Origin: Halothiobacillaceae bacterium
Lineage (GTDB): Bacteria; Pseudomonadota; Gammaproteobacteria; Halothiobacillales; Halothiobacillaceae
Length of the DNA: 64,000 bases
Direction: 5' to 3'
Assembly: GCA_050178405.1 (NCBI GenBank)
Contig: JBFXGB010000002.1
Span: forward strand, 4,017-68,016
In this document: piece after piece, positions 50,818 through 59,643 of the stretch
How positions within the stretch are numbered: the first letter of the stretch is position 1
Layout of the letters: the number at the start of each line of letters is the position of its first letter
Notes under the pieces: model-generated
The model's database searches: none
Told to the model about the DNA's origin: nothing
Seen by the model: only the letters and a program-made list of their open reading frames with translations
Position numbers and translations under genes: made by a program

Positions 50818-52125
50818 TTAGTACAATTTAATACTCGGTCGAATCCACTGATGCATGCCGCTGGTCAGCATCATGAGTGCAGTGCGCCAAGGGCCGTGCA
50901 AAGTCAGCTGGTGTTGGCGGTACAGCGACAAATAAGCCGTGCGCGCCATTGGTCCTTCGATCAAAAAGCGACCGTGCATCACATCGTCCATCACCGAGCC
51001 TAGCGTTTGGTAATCAGCAAGCGACACCAGAGAACCGTGGTCGTGATATGCAAAAGGCTTCACCTTGCGCCTGGAGTTGGGACGACGTGCGCGTTCAATC
51101 AAGCGCTGCGCCAAATACTTGGCCATTTGATGCGCCGCTTGTGCGCGTGGCGGCACTAAACGTCCCGCAGGTACAGCGCTCGAAGGGGCTTCACGCAGGC
51201 AAGAGCAATCGCCGAGCGCGTAAATCGCCTCCTCGCCTTTGACGCGCAAATCGGCCTCGACCTCAAGTTGATGGATACGATTCACGGGCAGACCTAAGCG
51301 AGCCAAAAACGAGGGTGCCTGAATGCCCGCCGCCCAAACGACTAGATCAGCGCCAAGCAGCGTACCGTCCTTGGTCAGCACGCCATGCGACTCCACGGCC
51401 TGCACCGCCGTATTCAGGTGCAAGGCCACCCCCAAATTTTCCAGCACCGCCTGAGCACGTTGCGACATGGCCTCAGGCAAGGCTGGCAGCACGCGTCCAG
51501 CAGCCTCAACCAGCAGCACACGCAAGCCCTTGCGCCCGGCACGCTCCACGCCGTAATGCGCCAGCATCTCAGCGGCATTAAACAACTCAGCGGCAAGCTC
51601 AACCCCGGTGGCTCCTGCACCGACGATCGCCACGGTCACGTGCTCATCGTCCTTGCCTTCTTCCTGCAGATGTAAAAACCGATTCAGCAATTCGAGATGA
51701 AACGCCTGCGCCTGGCTTGAAGAATCCAGCGAATGACAATATTCACGCACGCCCGCAATGCCAAAATCATTCGAATGCGCCCCCACCGCCCACACCAAGG
51801 TGTCAAAACTCACGCGGCGCGCATGGCGCACCTCCTCGCCGTGCGTGCCGAGCATGGGCGCAAGCATCAACTCCCGGCGCTCTTGATCCATGCCGATAAC
51901 CTGCCCCAGATGAAAACGCACCCCTACGCGAGCGCAATGCGCCCGGTACGATAAAGCATCCACCCCGTCATCCAGCGTGCCCGTCGCCACTTCATGCAGC
52001 AGCGGCTTCCACAGATGCGTGCGCTCGCGATCAATCAAGGTCACATGCGCAAACTTGGCGCGCCCTAGGCGCGTGGCAAGCTCCAAACCACCCGCACCAC
52101 CACCGACGATCACTATGTTTTGCAT
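50818..52125 (-). CDS. ndh: Type II NADH:quinone oxidoreductase
   Basis: IVIVGGGAGG, HLWKPLLHEVATG, IVGAGATGVELAAE, PPRAQAAHQ. Confidence 0.95.
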   Translation of the reverse strand: MQNIVIVGGGAGGLELATRLGRAKFAHVTLIDRERTHLWKPLLHEVATGTLDDGVDALSYRAHCARVGVRFHLGQVIGMDQERRELMLAPMLGTHGEEVRHARRVSFDTLVWAVGAHSNDFGIAGVREYCHSLDSSSQAQAFHLELLNRFLHLQEEGKDDEHVTVAIVGAGATGVELAAELFNAAEMLAHYGVERAGRKGLRVLLVEAAGRVLPALPEAMSQRAQAVLENLGVALHLNTAVQAVESHGVLTKDGTLLGADLVVWAAGIQAPSFLARLGLPVNRIHQLEVEADLRVKGEEAIYALGDCSCLREAPSSAVPAGRLVPPRAQAAHQMAKYLAQRLIERARRPNSRRKVKPFAYHDHGSLVSLADYQTLGSVMDDVMHGRFLIEGPMARTAYLSLYRQHQLTLHGPWRTALMMLTSGMHQWIRPSIKLY

Positions 52126-52286
52126 GCCGCGAGCCTCGCAAGGAGATTGCTCAACGCAGGAGCAAACCTTGGGTTGCGAATGCCGTTAAGATCTTCGCGA
52201 CCCAAGGTTCACTTCCACATTTCAGAGCTATATTGGGAAAAAGTCTCAGTGTGACTGAACAATATGAATGCGTTTTGTCATGCAAC

Positions 52287-52311
52287 AAAAAAGCCCCGGA
52301 AACCGGGGCTT
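52287..52311 (-). terminator. Intrinsic terminator after dsbA
   Basis: Minus strand AAGCCCCGG-TTT-CCGGGGCTT followed by a U-run. Confidence 0.85.
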
Positions 52312-52336
52312 GATAGGCTTGAGTCTTTGGCTAGGG

Positions 52337-53002
52337 CTATTTAGCCGCTTTGCTCTCTGATTCAGCAATAATTTTGGCCGCAAGCTTGTCGGCAACATCC
52401 AGCATTTTATCGTTACTACCGGCCATATCGCCTTCGGTACGATATTTGCCTTGCACCACAATCGCCGGGACACCCTGCACATCGTACTGACGCGCCAACT
52501 GTACACCACGACGCACTTCAGCATCGACCACAAAACTGTTGTAAGCCTTGAGGAATGCCTCACGGTTTACACCCTTGCTGGCCACAAAATCGGCAATCAG
52601 CTCCGGAGTATTCAAGGGACGGCGCTCTTTATGCACGGCATCGAAAATCGCCGTATTCAATTCCTCCGCCTTACCCATTTGCTTGAGTGCGTAATACGCC
52701 TTGCTCAACGGCACCCAAGAAGGGTTAAACGCCACTTCAATCCGCTCAAAGCGCACATTAGCAGGCTTTTTGGCCAACCATGCTTGCACCGCCGGTTCAA
52801 AATGATGGCAATGACCGCAGTTATAGGAAAACAATTCCTGCACCACAACCTCACCCGGAGCCGCATTCACGTTCGCGGGGTTGTTCACCACCTGGTAATG
52901 CACCATTTCTTCGATTGGCTTGGCAATAGGCTTGGCCACAGATTCAGCCAAGGCCAAGCTCATGGGTGAAAGCAAGGCTAAAGCAAGTAATAAGGTTTTC
53001 AC
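52337..53002 (-). CDS. dsbA: Thiol:disulfide interchange protein DsbA
   Basis: Signal peptide, FSYNCGHC (CxxC), GVPAIVVQGKY; GTG start at 53002. Confidence 0.92.
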   Translation of the reverse strand: MKTLLLALALLSPMSLALAESVAKPIAKPIEEMVHYQVVNNPANVNAAPGEVVVQELFSYNCGHCHHFEPAVQAWLAKKPANVRFERIEVAFNPSWVPLSKAYYALKQMGKAEELNTAIFDAVHKERRPLNTPELIADFVASKGVNREAFLKAYNSFVVDAEVRRGVQLARQYDVQGVPAIVVQGKYRTEGDMAGSNDKMLDVADKLAAKIIAESESKAAK

Positions 53003-53030
53003 ATCACAACTCCCTGTTGCCACAAAACAC

Positions 53031-54239
53031 TTAGAGCGTGCCATACGAGTGCAAACCGGTCAAAAACATATTCACGCCCAAGAAGGCAAACGTGGTGATA
53101 AACAAACCAATTACTGACCACCACGCCATCGGTGCGCCACGCCAGCCTTTGGTGAGACGCAAGTGTAGCCAAGCCGCGTAGTTCAACCACACAATCAAGG
53201 CCCAAGTCTCTTTAGGGTCCCACGACCAGTAACCACCCCAAGCTTCTGCCGCCCACATTGCACCCAAAATAGTTGCCACGGTGAAAAAGCCAAAGCCCAA
53301 GGCAATCGCCTTGTACGTCAAATCGTCCATGATTTCGAGCTTGGGCAGTAAATCGCGCTCACCATCACCTCCACCAATCTTGAGCTTAATCAAATAAGCC
53401 ACGGAAATCATTGCGGCCATAGCAAACGCGCCATATCCGACGAAGTTGGCTGGCACATGGATTTTCATCCAATAGCTATCAAGTGCAGGCACAAGCGGCT
53501 GAATCACATTCGCACCGCGATCGAAGGTGTACCACAGCAGAAAACCAATCGCCGCCGAAATCACCAGCATCACAAACCCACCCAGCGCACGGGTTTTGAA
53601 GCGGCCTTCGTAAAAGAGATAAATCAACGCGGTCACCACGGAAAACAGGATGAACACCTCGTACAGGTTGCTCACCGGAATATGTCCGAAGTCCACGTTA
53701 ATCAAATACGACTCACGCCAGCGTGCAAACAAACCCGCCAAGCCAAACGCAGTCGCCGACCAGACCAATACCGAAGCAATTTTGCCGATGTACTCCGCAC
53801 GAGTGAACAGCGCCAAAAAATAAGTAAACGCCGCACCCACATACAAGGCGCTCATCCACATAATCGCGCTTTGGCTCGACACCAGATATTTAAGGAAAAA
53901 ATCCTTATCTTGCGCAGCAGCCAAAGCCTCACGGCCGACTGAAATCTGGTCACCAAAATGCACGCCATACCGCCAGAGCGCAATCGCAGTCAACGCCGCG
54001 ACCGCAAGGCTTAAGCCGCGTATGCCGCGCCAATACCAACCAACCGCCGCTAGACTTGCGACAGCGAAAACCAAAATGGAAATTTCATACACATCCATAT
54101 GGTTATAAAAAGAGTACAAACCACCCAAACCTGCACCAATCACCACCAGCAGCCAAAGGCTATCAGCAATGCGTCCGGCAGGTTTTGCCAGTGGCGGCAA
54201 ACCTGAAGCACTGTGTAAAACATTTGCATTGGTAGACAC
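53031..54239 (-). CDS. resC: System II cytochrome c biogenesis heme channel/synthase (ResC/CcsA)
   Basis: SNLYE, WMKIHV, WAAEAWGGYWSWDPKETW (WWD domain), GLHSYG. Confidence 0.95.
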   Translation of the reverse strand: MSTNANVLHSASGLPPLAKPAGRIADSLWLLVVIGAGLGGLYSFYNHMDVYEISILVFAVASLAAVGWYWRGIRGLSLAVAALTAIALWRYGVHFGDQISVGREALAAAQDKDFFLKYLVSSQSAIMWMSALYVGAAFTYFLALFTRAEYIGKIASVLVWSATAFGLAGLFARWRESYLINVDFGHIPVSNLYEVFILFSVVTALIYLFYEGRFKTRALGGFVMLVISAAIGFLLWYTFDRGANVIQPLVPALDSYWMKIHVPANFVGYGAFAMAAMISVAYLIKLKIGGGDGERDLLPKLEIMDDLTYKAIALGFGFFTVATILGAMWAAEAWGGYWSWDPKETWALIVWLNYAAWLHLRLTKGWRGAPMAWWSVIGLFITTFAFLGVNMFLTGLHSYGTL

Positions 54240-54291
54240 GTCAACCCCCTCACTTTATAAACTTAAACAACCCATGATCGGGAAAGAAACC

Positions 54292-56352
54292 TTAACCAGA
54301 CTGCCTCGACGTTGATGCCATTGGCATACCAAGTTTTGCCACCATAGCCTCTCGCATCACGCGCGAAGCCTTAGCCATATCCAAGGTTTTGCGGTGACTC
54401 GTCGTTGCAAACAACACCCTCGCACCACGCTCCGAAGCCCGCACCACAACCCAAGCACGACGCGGGTGGATATAGAACAGCATGAAGACCCCAAGAATCA
54501 ACAACACACTACCAAAATACACCACGTTTTTGCCCGGGGATTTGGTAATTTGCAAGCCCGATGCCTGAATCTGCTCAAAATTCGTCATCTGCAAAAAAAT
54601 CGGCGAGCCGTAAAACACCAACGCGTTGATGGCTGCGACCGAATCGGCAAGGAATCGTTCATCTTTCTCGCCACCGACATCTTTGACGCCACGCTCTTCC
54701 ATCATGGTCAGATACATGCGGCTCAACACCGTTTGCAACACCCGCGCACTGGTTTCAAACGCACGCTCCAGCTGATCTTTGGGTACGCGTGCCTCAAGAT
54801 CCGCCCCAAGCGCATCGTAGCCTCCGCGCACGAAATTCTCGACCATACTGCGAATGGCCTCACTCGCTGCGGGAAGTTTGGCCGCTTCAGGATTCACTTC
54901 GGTCAGCATGGACATCACCGCCTTATCAATCGCAGCACTGTCATGCAGGCGATGATAGAAATCCATAAACGTATTCATGCTGTTGTCGCGATCTGCTGGG
55001 ATATACAAAAAACGCATCACTCCGCCGACTTGATCGCGCATTCCGGAAATAAACACCGGACGAGCTTCCATTTCAACGGGAAGCATATAGTTTTCGTACT
55101 CGCGAGCCTGCCCAGCACTATCTCGCAAACGAAACACGACCGCCGGCCCAAAATTCTTTTCATGGGTTTTGCCTTGTGCATCCGGCACTGGGTTGATGTT
55201 AAACATGCGGAAATCATTGATTTCCAGCGTGTATTTCGCATCTCCCACCGTGAACGGCATATCTTGGAACACAGCTCCAGCAACCGGCTGTGATGTTCCC
55301 GCCGAACCACCCAATAGCTGCCAGGAATTAAACTGCATCCGCGTGCCGCCATCGCCAAAACTCGCTTGATAAATCGCATAGCCTTTGTAAATCAATGGCT
55401 TATTCACAGCAATTGTTGCTTTCACCGGTTCCTGACCGGGGTGATTGGGGTCATACACCACCAAATCACTCTCATACGATTTGGGCATCCCATTGATGTA
55501 GTGCTCAATACGGAAGTCTTTAACCTCAATATCAAAGGGAAGTTTTTGCACCACATAGCCATCGCGCACGTTCAAAAACAGCACGGAAGTTTGGCTACCC
55601 TCCGGCACATTCACGTTGCCGCGAAAGCCGGGATTCGTCGCCGCAACGAAACTTGCCTCCGGCACTTGCGACAGCGGTATGCTGCGTGTCTCAACTTTGA
55701 GATTGCCGAAAAACTCTTGATAAGACAACCAGATGCGTGAATCTAGCATCCCGCCAATGCAAATCACCACGATGGCCACATGCGTAAAAATATAACCCAA
55801 ACGCTGGAGGCTGCCCTTGCTCGCCGCAAACATATAGCCTTCCTGGACGCGGGTTTCCTTAAACTTGAACCCCTCATCCACCAGCACACGGCGGCTTTCT
55901 ATCGCCGCCGCTTCCACGCTCATCGGCAGATGCGTCCATTCGACATGTTCCGGCATGGAGCGGATTTCGTTCTCGCCCACTTTAGTGCGGTAGGTGAACA
56001 TTTCACGCACCATGGACGGCGCATTGCGAATCACACAGGCGCTGGTTGAAACCACAAGCAAAGTGAATATGGCCAAAAACCAAGGTGCGGAGTACACGTT
56101 ATACAAGTCAAGGGCGCGAAACACCTCAAACCAAAACGGGCCAAATTTCATCAAATAATCGCCATACGGCTGATTTTGCTGCAACACCGTACCCACGACC
56201 GAAGCCAACGCAACCGCTACCAGCAAGGTAATGGCAAGATTCATGGAACCTAAAAAGGCGAGCAGCGAGCGCCCACGAGGCCCAGAAAAAGAAGCCAACG
56301 AGGGTGTTGTCGAAGGCGCTGTCGGAGCCGATGGAGAAGAAATTTGGGTCAT
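54292..56352 (-). CDS. resB: System II cytochrome c biogenesis protein (ResB/Ccs1)
   Basis: LGSMNLAITLL, VGTVLQQNQ, GYIFTHVAI, VNKPL, SGLQITKSPG; start 56352 or 56376. Confidence 0.94.
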   Translation of the reverse strand: MTQISSPSAPTAPSTTPSLASFSGPRGRSLLAFLGSMNLAITLLVAVALASVVGTVLQQNQPYGDYLMKFGPFWFEVFRALDLYNVYSAPWFLAIFTLLVVSTSACVIRNAPSMVREMFTYRTKVGENEIRSMPEHVEWTHLPMSVEAAAIESRRVLVDEGFKFKETRVQEGYMFAASKGSLQRLGYIFTHVAIVVICIGGMLDSRIWLSYQEFFGNLKVETRSIPLSQVPEASFVAATNPGFRGNVNVPEGSQTSVLFLNVRDGYVVQKLPFDIEVKDFRIEHYINGMPKSYESDLVVYDPNHPGQEPVKATIAVNKPLIYKGYAIYQASFGDGGTRMQFNSWQLLGGSAGTSQPVAGAVFQDMPFTVGDAKYTLEINDFRMFNINPVPDAQGKTHEKNFGPAVVFRLRDSAGQAREYENYMLPVEMEARPVFISGMRDQVGGVMRFLYIPADRDNSMNTFMDFYHRLHDSAAIDKAVMSMLTEVNPEAAKLPAASEAIRSMVENFVRGGYDALGADLEARVPKDQLERAFETSARVLQTVLSRMYLTMMEERGVKDVGGEKDERFLADSVAAINALVFYGSPIFLQMTNFEQIQASGLQITKSPGKNVVYFGSVLLILGVFMLFYIHPRRAWVVVRASERGARVLFATTSHRKTLDMAKASRVMREAMVAKLGMPMASTSRQSG

Positions 56353-56442
56353 ACCGTCGTTACGAAAAGGTGTCACATATACAACAAGCCGCGTGCAGCG
56401 TCTGTCGATAGAGTCAATGACATAAGCTTGAGTTCAAAAAGA

Positions 56443-57096
56443 CTATTTCATGCTCGCCGTATAGGCGGCAAGGGCGCGAATATCCTCATCAGACAACGCA
56501 TGCCCCGCCTGACGCATCACGGCATTCAAATCATTGTTGCGCGTCGCATCACGGAAAGACTTGAGCATGAGTTCAGTATAGGCCGCGTGTTGCGCGTGCA
56601 AAGATGGATAGGCCGCCGGTGCATTACCATAACCCATTGCGCCATGACAGGCACTACACGCCGCCACAGCGGGAGCCGCACCATTTGCTGCACGACCTGT
56701 TTGATACAAAACACGACCTTGCTCAATTAAGGGCTGCACATCGGCGGCAGGAGCTTGGGAGGTCACACTCTGGCTGGCATAAAATGCACCCAAGTTCTGC
56801 ATATCCTCAGGAGTCAGCGCCGCCACTATGCCCACCATCAAGGCATTGACCCGCTTGCCCGATTTATAATCTTGCAACTGTTTTGCAATATAAGACGCGC
56901 CCTGCCCTGCAATCGAGGGGAAAGCACTTGTCGGGCTATTGCCATCTGCACCATGACAGGCAATACACATCGCCGACTTGGCCTTTCCAGCGGCGACATC
57001 TCCAGAAGCTGGCATGGCAGGAGATTCCGCAGCATAGACAGCAGATTGAGCCATCGACAACATCAAGGCACCGATGAGCTTTAAGCGTAGATTCAT
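56443..57096 (-). CDS. Di-heme cytochrome c4
   Basis: Signal peptide, CIACH and CSACH; YPSL-AQHA-Y. Confidence 0.93.
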   Translation of the reverse strand: MNLRLKLIGALMLSMAQSAVYAAESPAMPASGDVAAGKAKSAMCIACHGADGNSPTSAFPSIAGQGASYIAKQLQDYKSGKRVNALMVGIVAALTPEDMQNLGAFYASQSVTSQAPAADVQPLIEQGRVLYQTGRAANGAAPAVAACSACHGAMGYGNAPAAYPSLHAQHAAYTELMLKSFRDATRNNDLNAVMRQAGHALSDEDIRALAAYTASMK

Positions 57097-57205
57097 GAGC
57101 GTCCCCCTCAAATTTTTAATGCCCTTTTGGCATGGCGCGAGATTGTAACCCTAGCGTGAGTGATTTCATCCATCCTCAAGTCAAAAACTGACATAGAATG
57201 CACCC

Positions 57206-57868
57206 ATGCAAACAGAAAACCCTCAACTTCGAGCTTATTTTGCCCGTGCCGCCTTCCTGAAAAGCGCGCCCGAGGCCAACCAACTCCCCTTAGATTCAGG
57301 GGTAGAAATTGCTTTTGCCGGACGCTCCAACGCGGGCAAATCCAGCGCATTGAACACGCTTTGCGCCCAAAAGGCACTGGCACGCGCCAGTAAGCGCCCC
57401 GGGCGCACCCAGCTGCTTAACGTTTTTACCCTTGATGAACATAAGCGCCTCGTCGATTTACCCGGCTACGGCTATGCCGAAGTGCCGATGGAAATGCGTA
57501 AAAACTGGGGTGCAATGATGGATGTGTACTTCAGCCAGCGCTTGAGCCTCAAGCTTACGGTGTTGATGATGGACATTCGCCACCCCATGCGCCCCTTTGA
57601 TCTAATGCTGATTGAAGCCTGCGTCAAACGTGAGCTTCCCGTGCATATTTTGCTGACCAAGGCCGATAAGCTTTCACGCGGGGCGGCCTCATCCGAGTTG
57701 CAAAAGATACGCAATAAGTTACCTACCAACGTCACTGTGCAGCTTTTTTCTTCACTCAATAAGCAAGGCTTGGATGAGGCGCGTGCGTTTTTGCGTGATG
57801 TGATGGAAAAGCATAGCGATGGGGATTCTGCATCTGCTCATGATGGCGAGCCTATTGAGACGCAATAG
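57206..57868 (+). CDS. engB: Ribosome biogenesis GTP-binding protein YihA/EngB
   Basis: AFAGRSNAGKSS, PGRTQLLN, DLPGYG, LTKADK. Confidence 0.97.
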   Translation: MQTENPQLRAYFARAAFLKSAPEANQLPLDSGVEIAFAGRSNAGKSSALNTLCAQKALARASKRPGRTQLLNVFTLDEHKRLVDLPGYGYAEVPMEMRKNWGAMMDVYFSQRLSLKLTVLMMDIRHPMRPFDLMLIEACVKRELPVHILLTKADKLSRGAASSELQKIRNKLPTNVTVQLFSSLNKQGLDEARAFLRDVMEKHSDGDSASAHDGEPIETQ

Positions 57869-57905
57869 GCAAATGGAGCGTTTGTTTCAACCATCTGATG
57901 TGTTG

Positions 57906-58820
57906 GGCGCATAGCGCACGCAGAGCGCTGCTTTGGATTTCCCTTCCTTCTTTTGATGTCGCCGTGGACTAACCTGCGTAAGTCGCAGATATGACGCGGC
58001 ATGGTTTTTTTCTCCCCCCTTGGGGTCGCCGTGAACGAAGTGCTGTAGGCAAGGTAAATAGGCCATAGATGGCCTGTTTAGTCCCCACGCAACATGGATG
58101 TTGCGTGGGGACGGCCTTGCCGGAGGCGCTTTGTTCACGGCTTGCCCGAAGGGCGACCCCTCGGGGGCGTGTTCTTTTGGTTAGGACTTACGCAGAACAG
58201 TGGTTTTACCCCCTCCCCCTTGATGGGGGAGGGTTGGGGAGAGGGTGGGGAAGCTGGCATAAACCTTTGATTGTGCAGACACTTTCACCCCCTCTCCCCA
58301 GCCCTCTCCCGCGAGGGGAGAGGGAGCTCAATCCGTATTTTGCGTAAGTCCTATTGGTGACTTTTCTTGCACGAGCAAGAAAAGTTACTCGCCCGATGCC
58401 CATGTTGCCTGAACGAAGTGGAGCTGTTTGAACGGGCGAAATAACCCACTGACGGTTCAACGAGGTGACTGCGCGTTTGAGGACTGCTCCTAGCCGAGGG
58501 CGGTGGCATTGTTTCGCCCGTTTCCACGGTGAGACTTCGAAAAAAACATGTTTGACACGGGCGAGTGACTTTCTTTGCTTGCGCTTCGAGCGTCACCAAA
58601 GAAATGCACCCCGTTGATGCCGCCCTACGGGCAAGCCGTGAACTAACCAGCGTAAGCTGGGTCGTCTCAACGCGACATCCTGTCGCGGAGAGACTAAAAG
58701 CGCCATCCATGGCACTTTTACCCAACTTACGCAGGCCAGTTCACGGCGGCATCAAAAGGGGGAGGGAAATCCAAAGCCGAAAACCAAATCCAAAGCCGCG
58801 CACTGCGTGCGCCAAGCGCT
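57906..58820. repeat. Large composite palindrome: two diverged copies of a multi-hairpin element in inverted orientation
   Basis: 57930-57983 is complementary to 58725-58777 with few mismatches; internal modules 58050-58400 are homologous to the reverse complement of 58545-58720. Confidence 0.8.
58182..58353. mobile_element. MITE with perfect 13-bp TIRs and 5-bp TSD TTGGT, inserted into the composite palindrome
   Basis: TTGGT|TAGGACTTACGCA ... TGCGTAAGTCCTA|TTGGT; removing it restores ttcttttggtgac, matching the uninterrupted sister copy (tttctttggtgac). Confidence 0.92.
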
Positions 58821-58834
58821 AAATATCCTGTTAA

Positions 58835-59626
58835 CTAACCCGCTAATTGCCGCGCCAACCACGCCCCCTTGGTCATCGGCTCGCGCCCAGCTTGCACCGC
58901 GTGCTGCAAAGCATCTTGCCAAAAAGCCACGCACTCAGAATGCACTGCATCCGCTGGGTGCAACCCAAAGCGCAACAAAGGGTAATGCGCAGGCTCTTGC
59001 AACACCTTATGCAATAAATGCGTATTCCATAACGCCGACAAACGCCGCCGCCACGCCGCGCGCACGCTCCACACCAAACTTGGCGCATTAAAACGTTGCC
59101 CCGACGACACGACAATCAACTCGCGCCGACTGCTGCTGTAATCAAACGCACTATCACGCAACGCCGATTGTGCACCCTGCCCCATTAACCATGCAGGGGC
59201 AACAAAGCCCTTTGCCGTCCAACCCAAAGCTTCGAAGCGCGCACGCGCCTGCTGCATCCGTGCGGCTGCATCCTCGTGGCTTAAACTAAAAAACTCACCT
59301 TCACTTGCGGTATAAAAACGTCGGAAAAAGCGTTCACGCCAACTGCTAGGCGCAGGGCTTTCGTCCAGATGACTCAGGCCATGCACGATAATTTCATCGC
59401 CACGCGCCAAGCGCTGATCCATCGCTCGCAAGAAATTTGCATCATCTTCAATGCGTTGCAATCGATGATAATCCGCTACCACGAGCAAACTGACCGGCGT
59501 GGAATGCACCTGTTCCAAAGCATTCAACACTTTGGAACAGGCCGCCCAAGTACTTGGTGCAACATCGTGCATCACCACACTTAACGCCGGGGCATGTTGC
59601 AGGCCACGTTGTTCAAAAACCGACAT
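58835..59626 (-). CDS. Polysaccharide deacetylase family protein (DUF2334)
   Basis: VVMHDVAP, VHGLSH, GFVAPAWLM, LRFGLHPAD. Confidence 0.87.
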   Translation of the reverse strand: MSVFEQRGLQHAPALSVVMHDVAPSTWAACSKVLNALEQVHSTPVSLLVVADYHRLQRIEDDANFLRAMDQRLARGDEIIVHGLSHLDESPAPSSWRERFFRRFYTASEGEFFSLSHEDAAARMQQARARFEALGWTAKGFVAPAWLMGQGAQSALRDSAFDYSSSRRELIVVSSGQRFNAPSLVWSVRAAWRRRLSALWNTHLLHKVLQEPAHYPLLRFGLHPADAVHSECVAFWQDALQHAVQAGREPMTKGAWLARQLAG

Positions 59627-59643
59627 ACACGCTCCTTAGGAAT

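Noticed and set aside
54394-55740. Long antisense ORFs (for example 54394-55293, and similar ones opposite rmuC, thiL and rnfC)
   Set aside because: Antisense shadows of well-supported genes, expected from codon bias at this GC content
57887-59091. Several 60-124-aa ORFs in the engB-deacetylase gap
   Set aside because: They lie within palindromic repeats; none resembles a transposase or known domain
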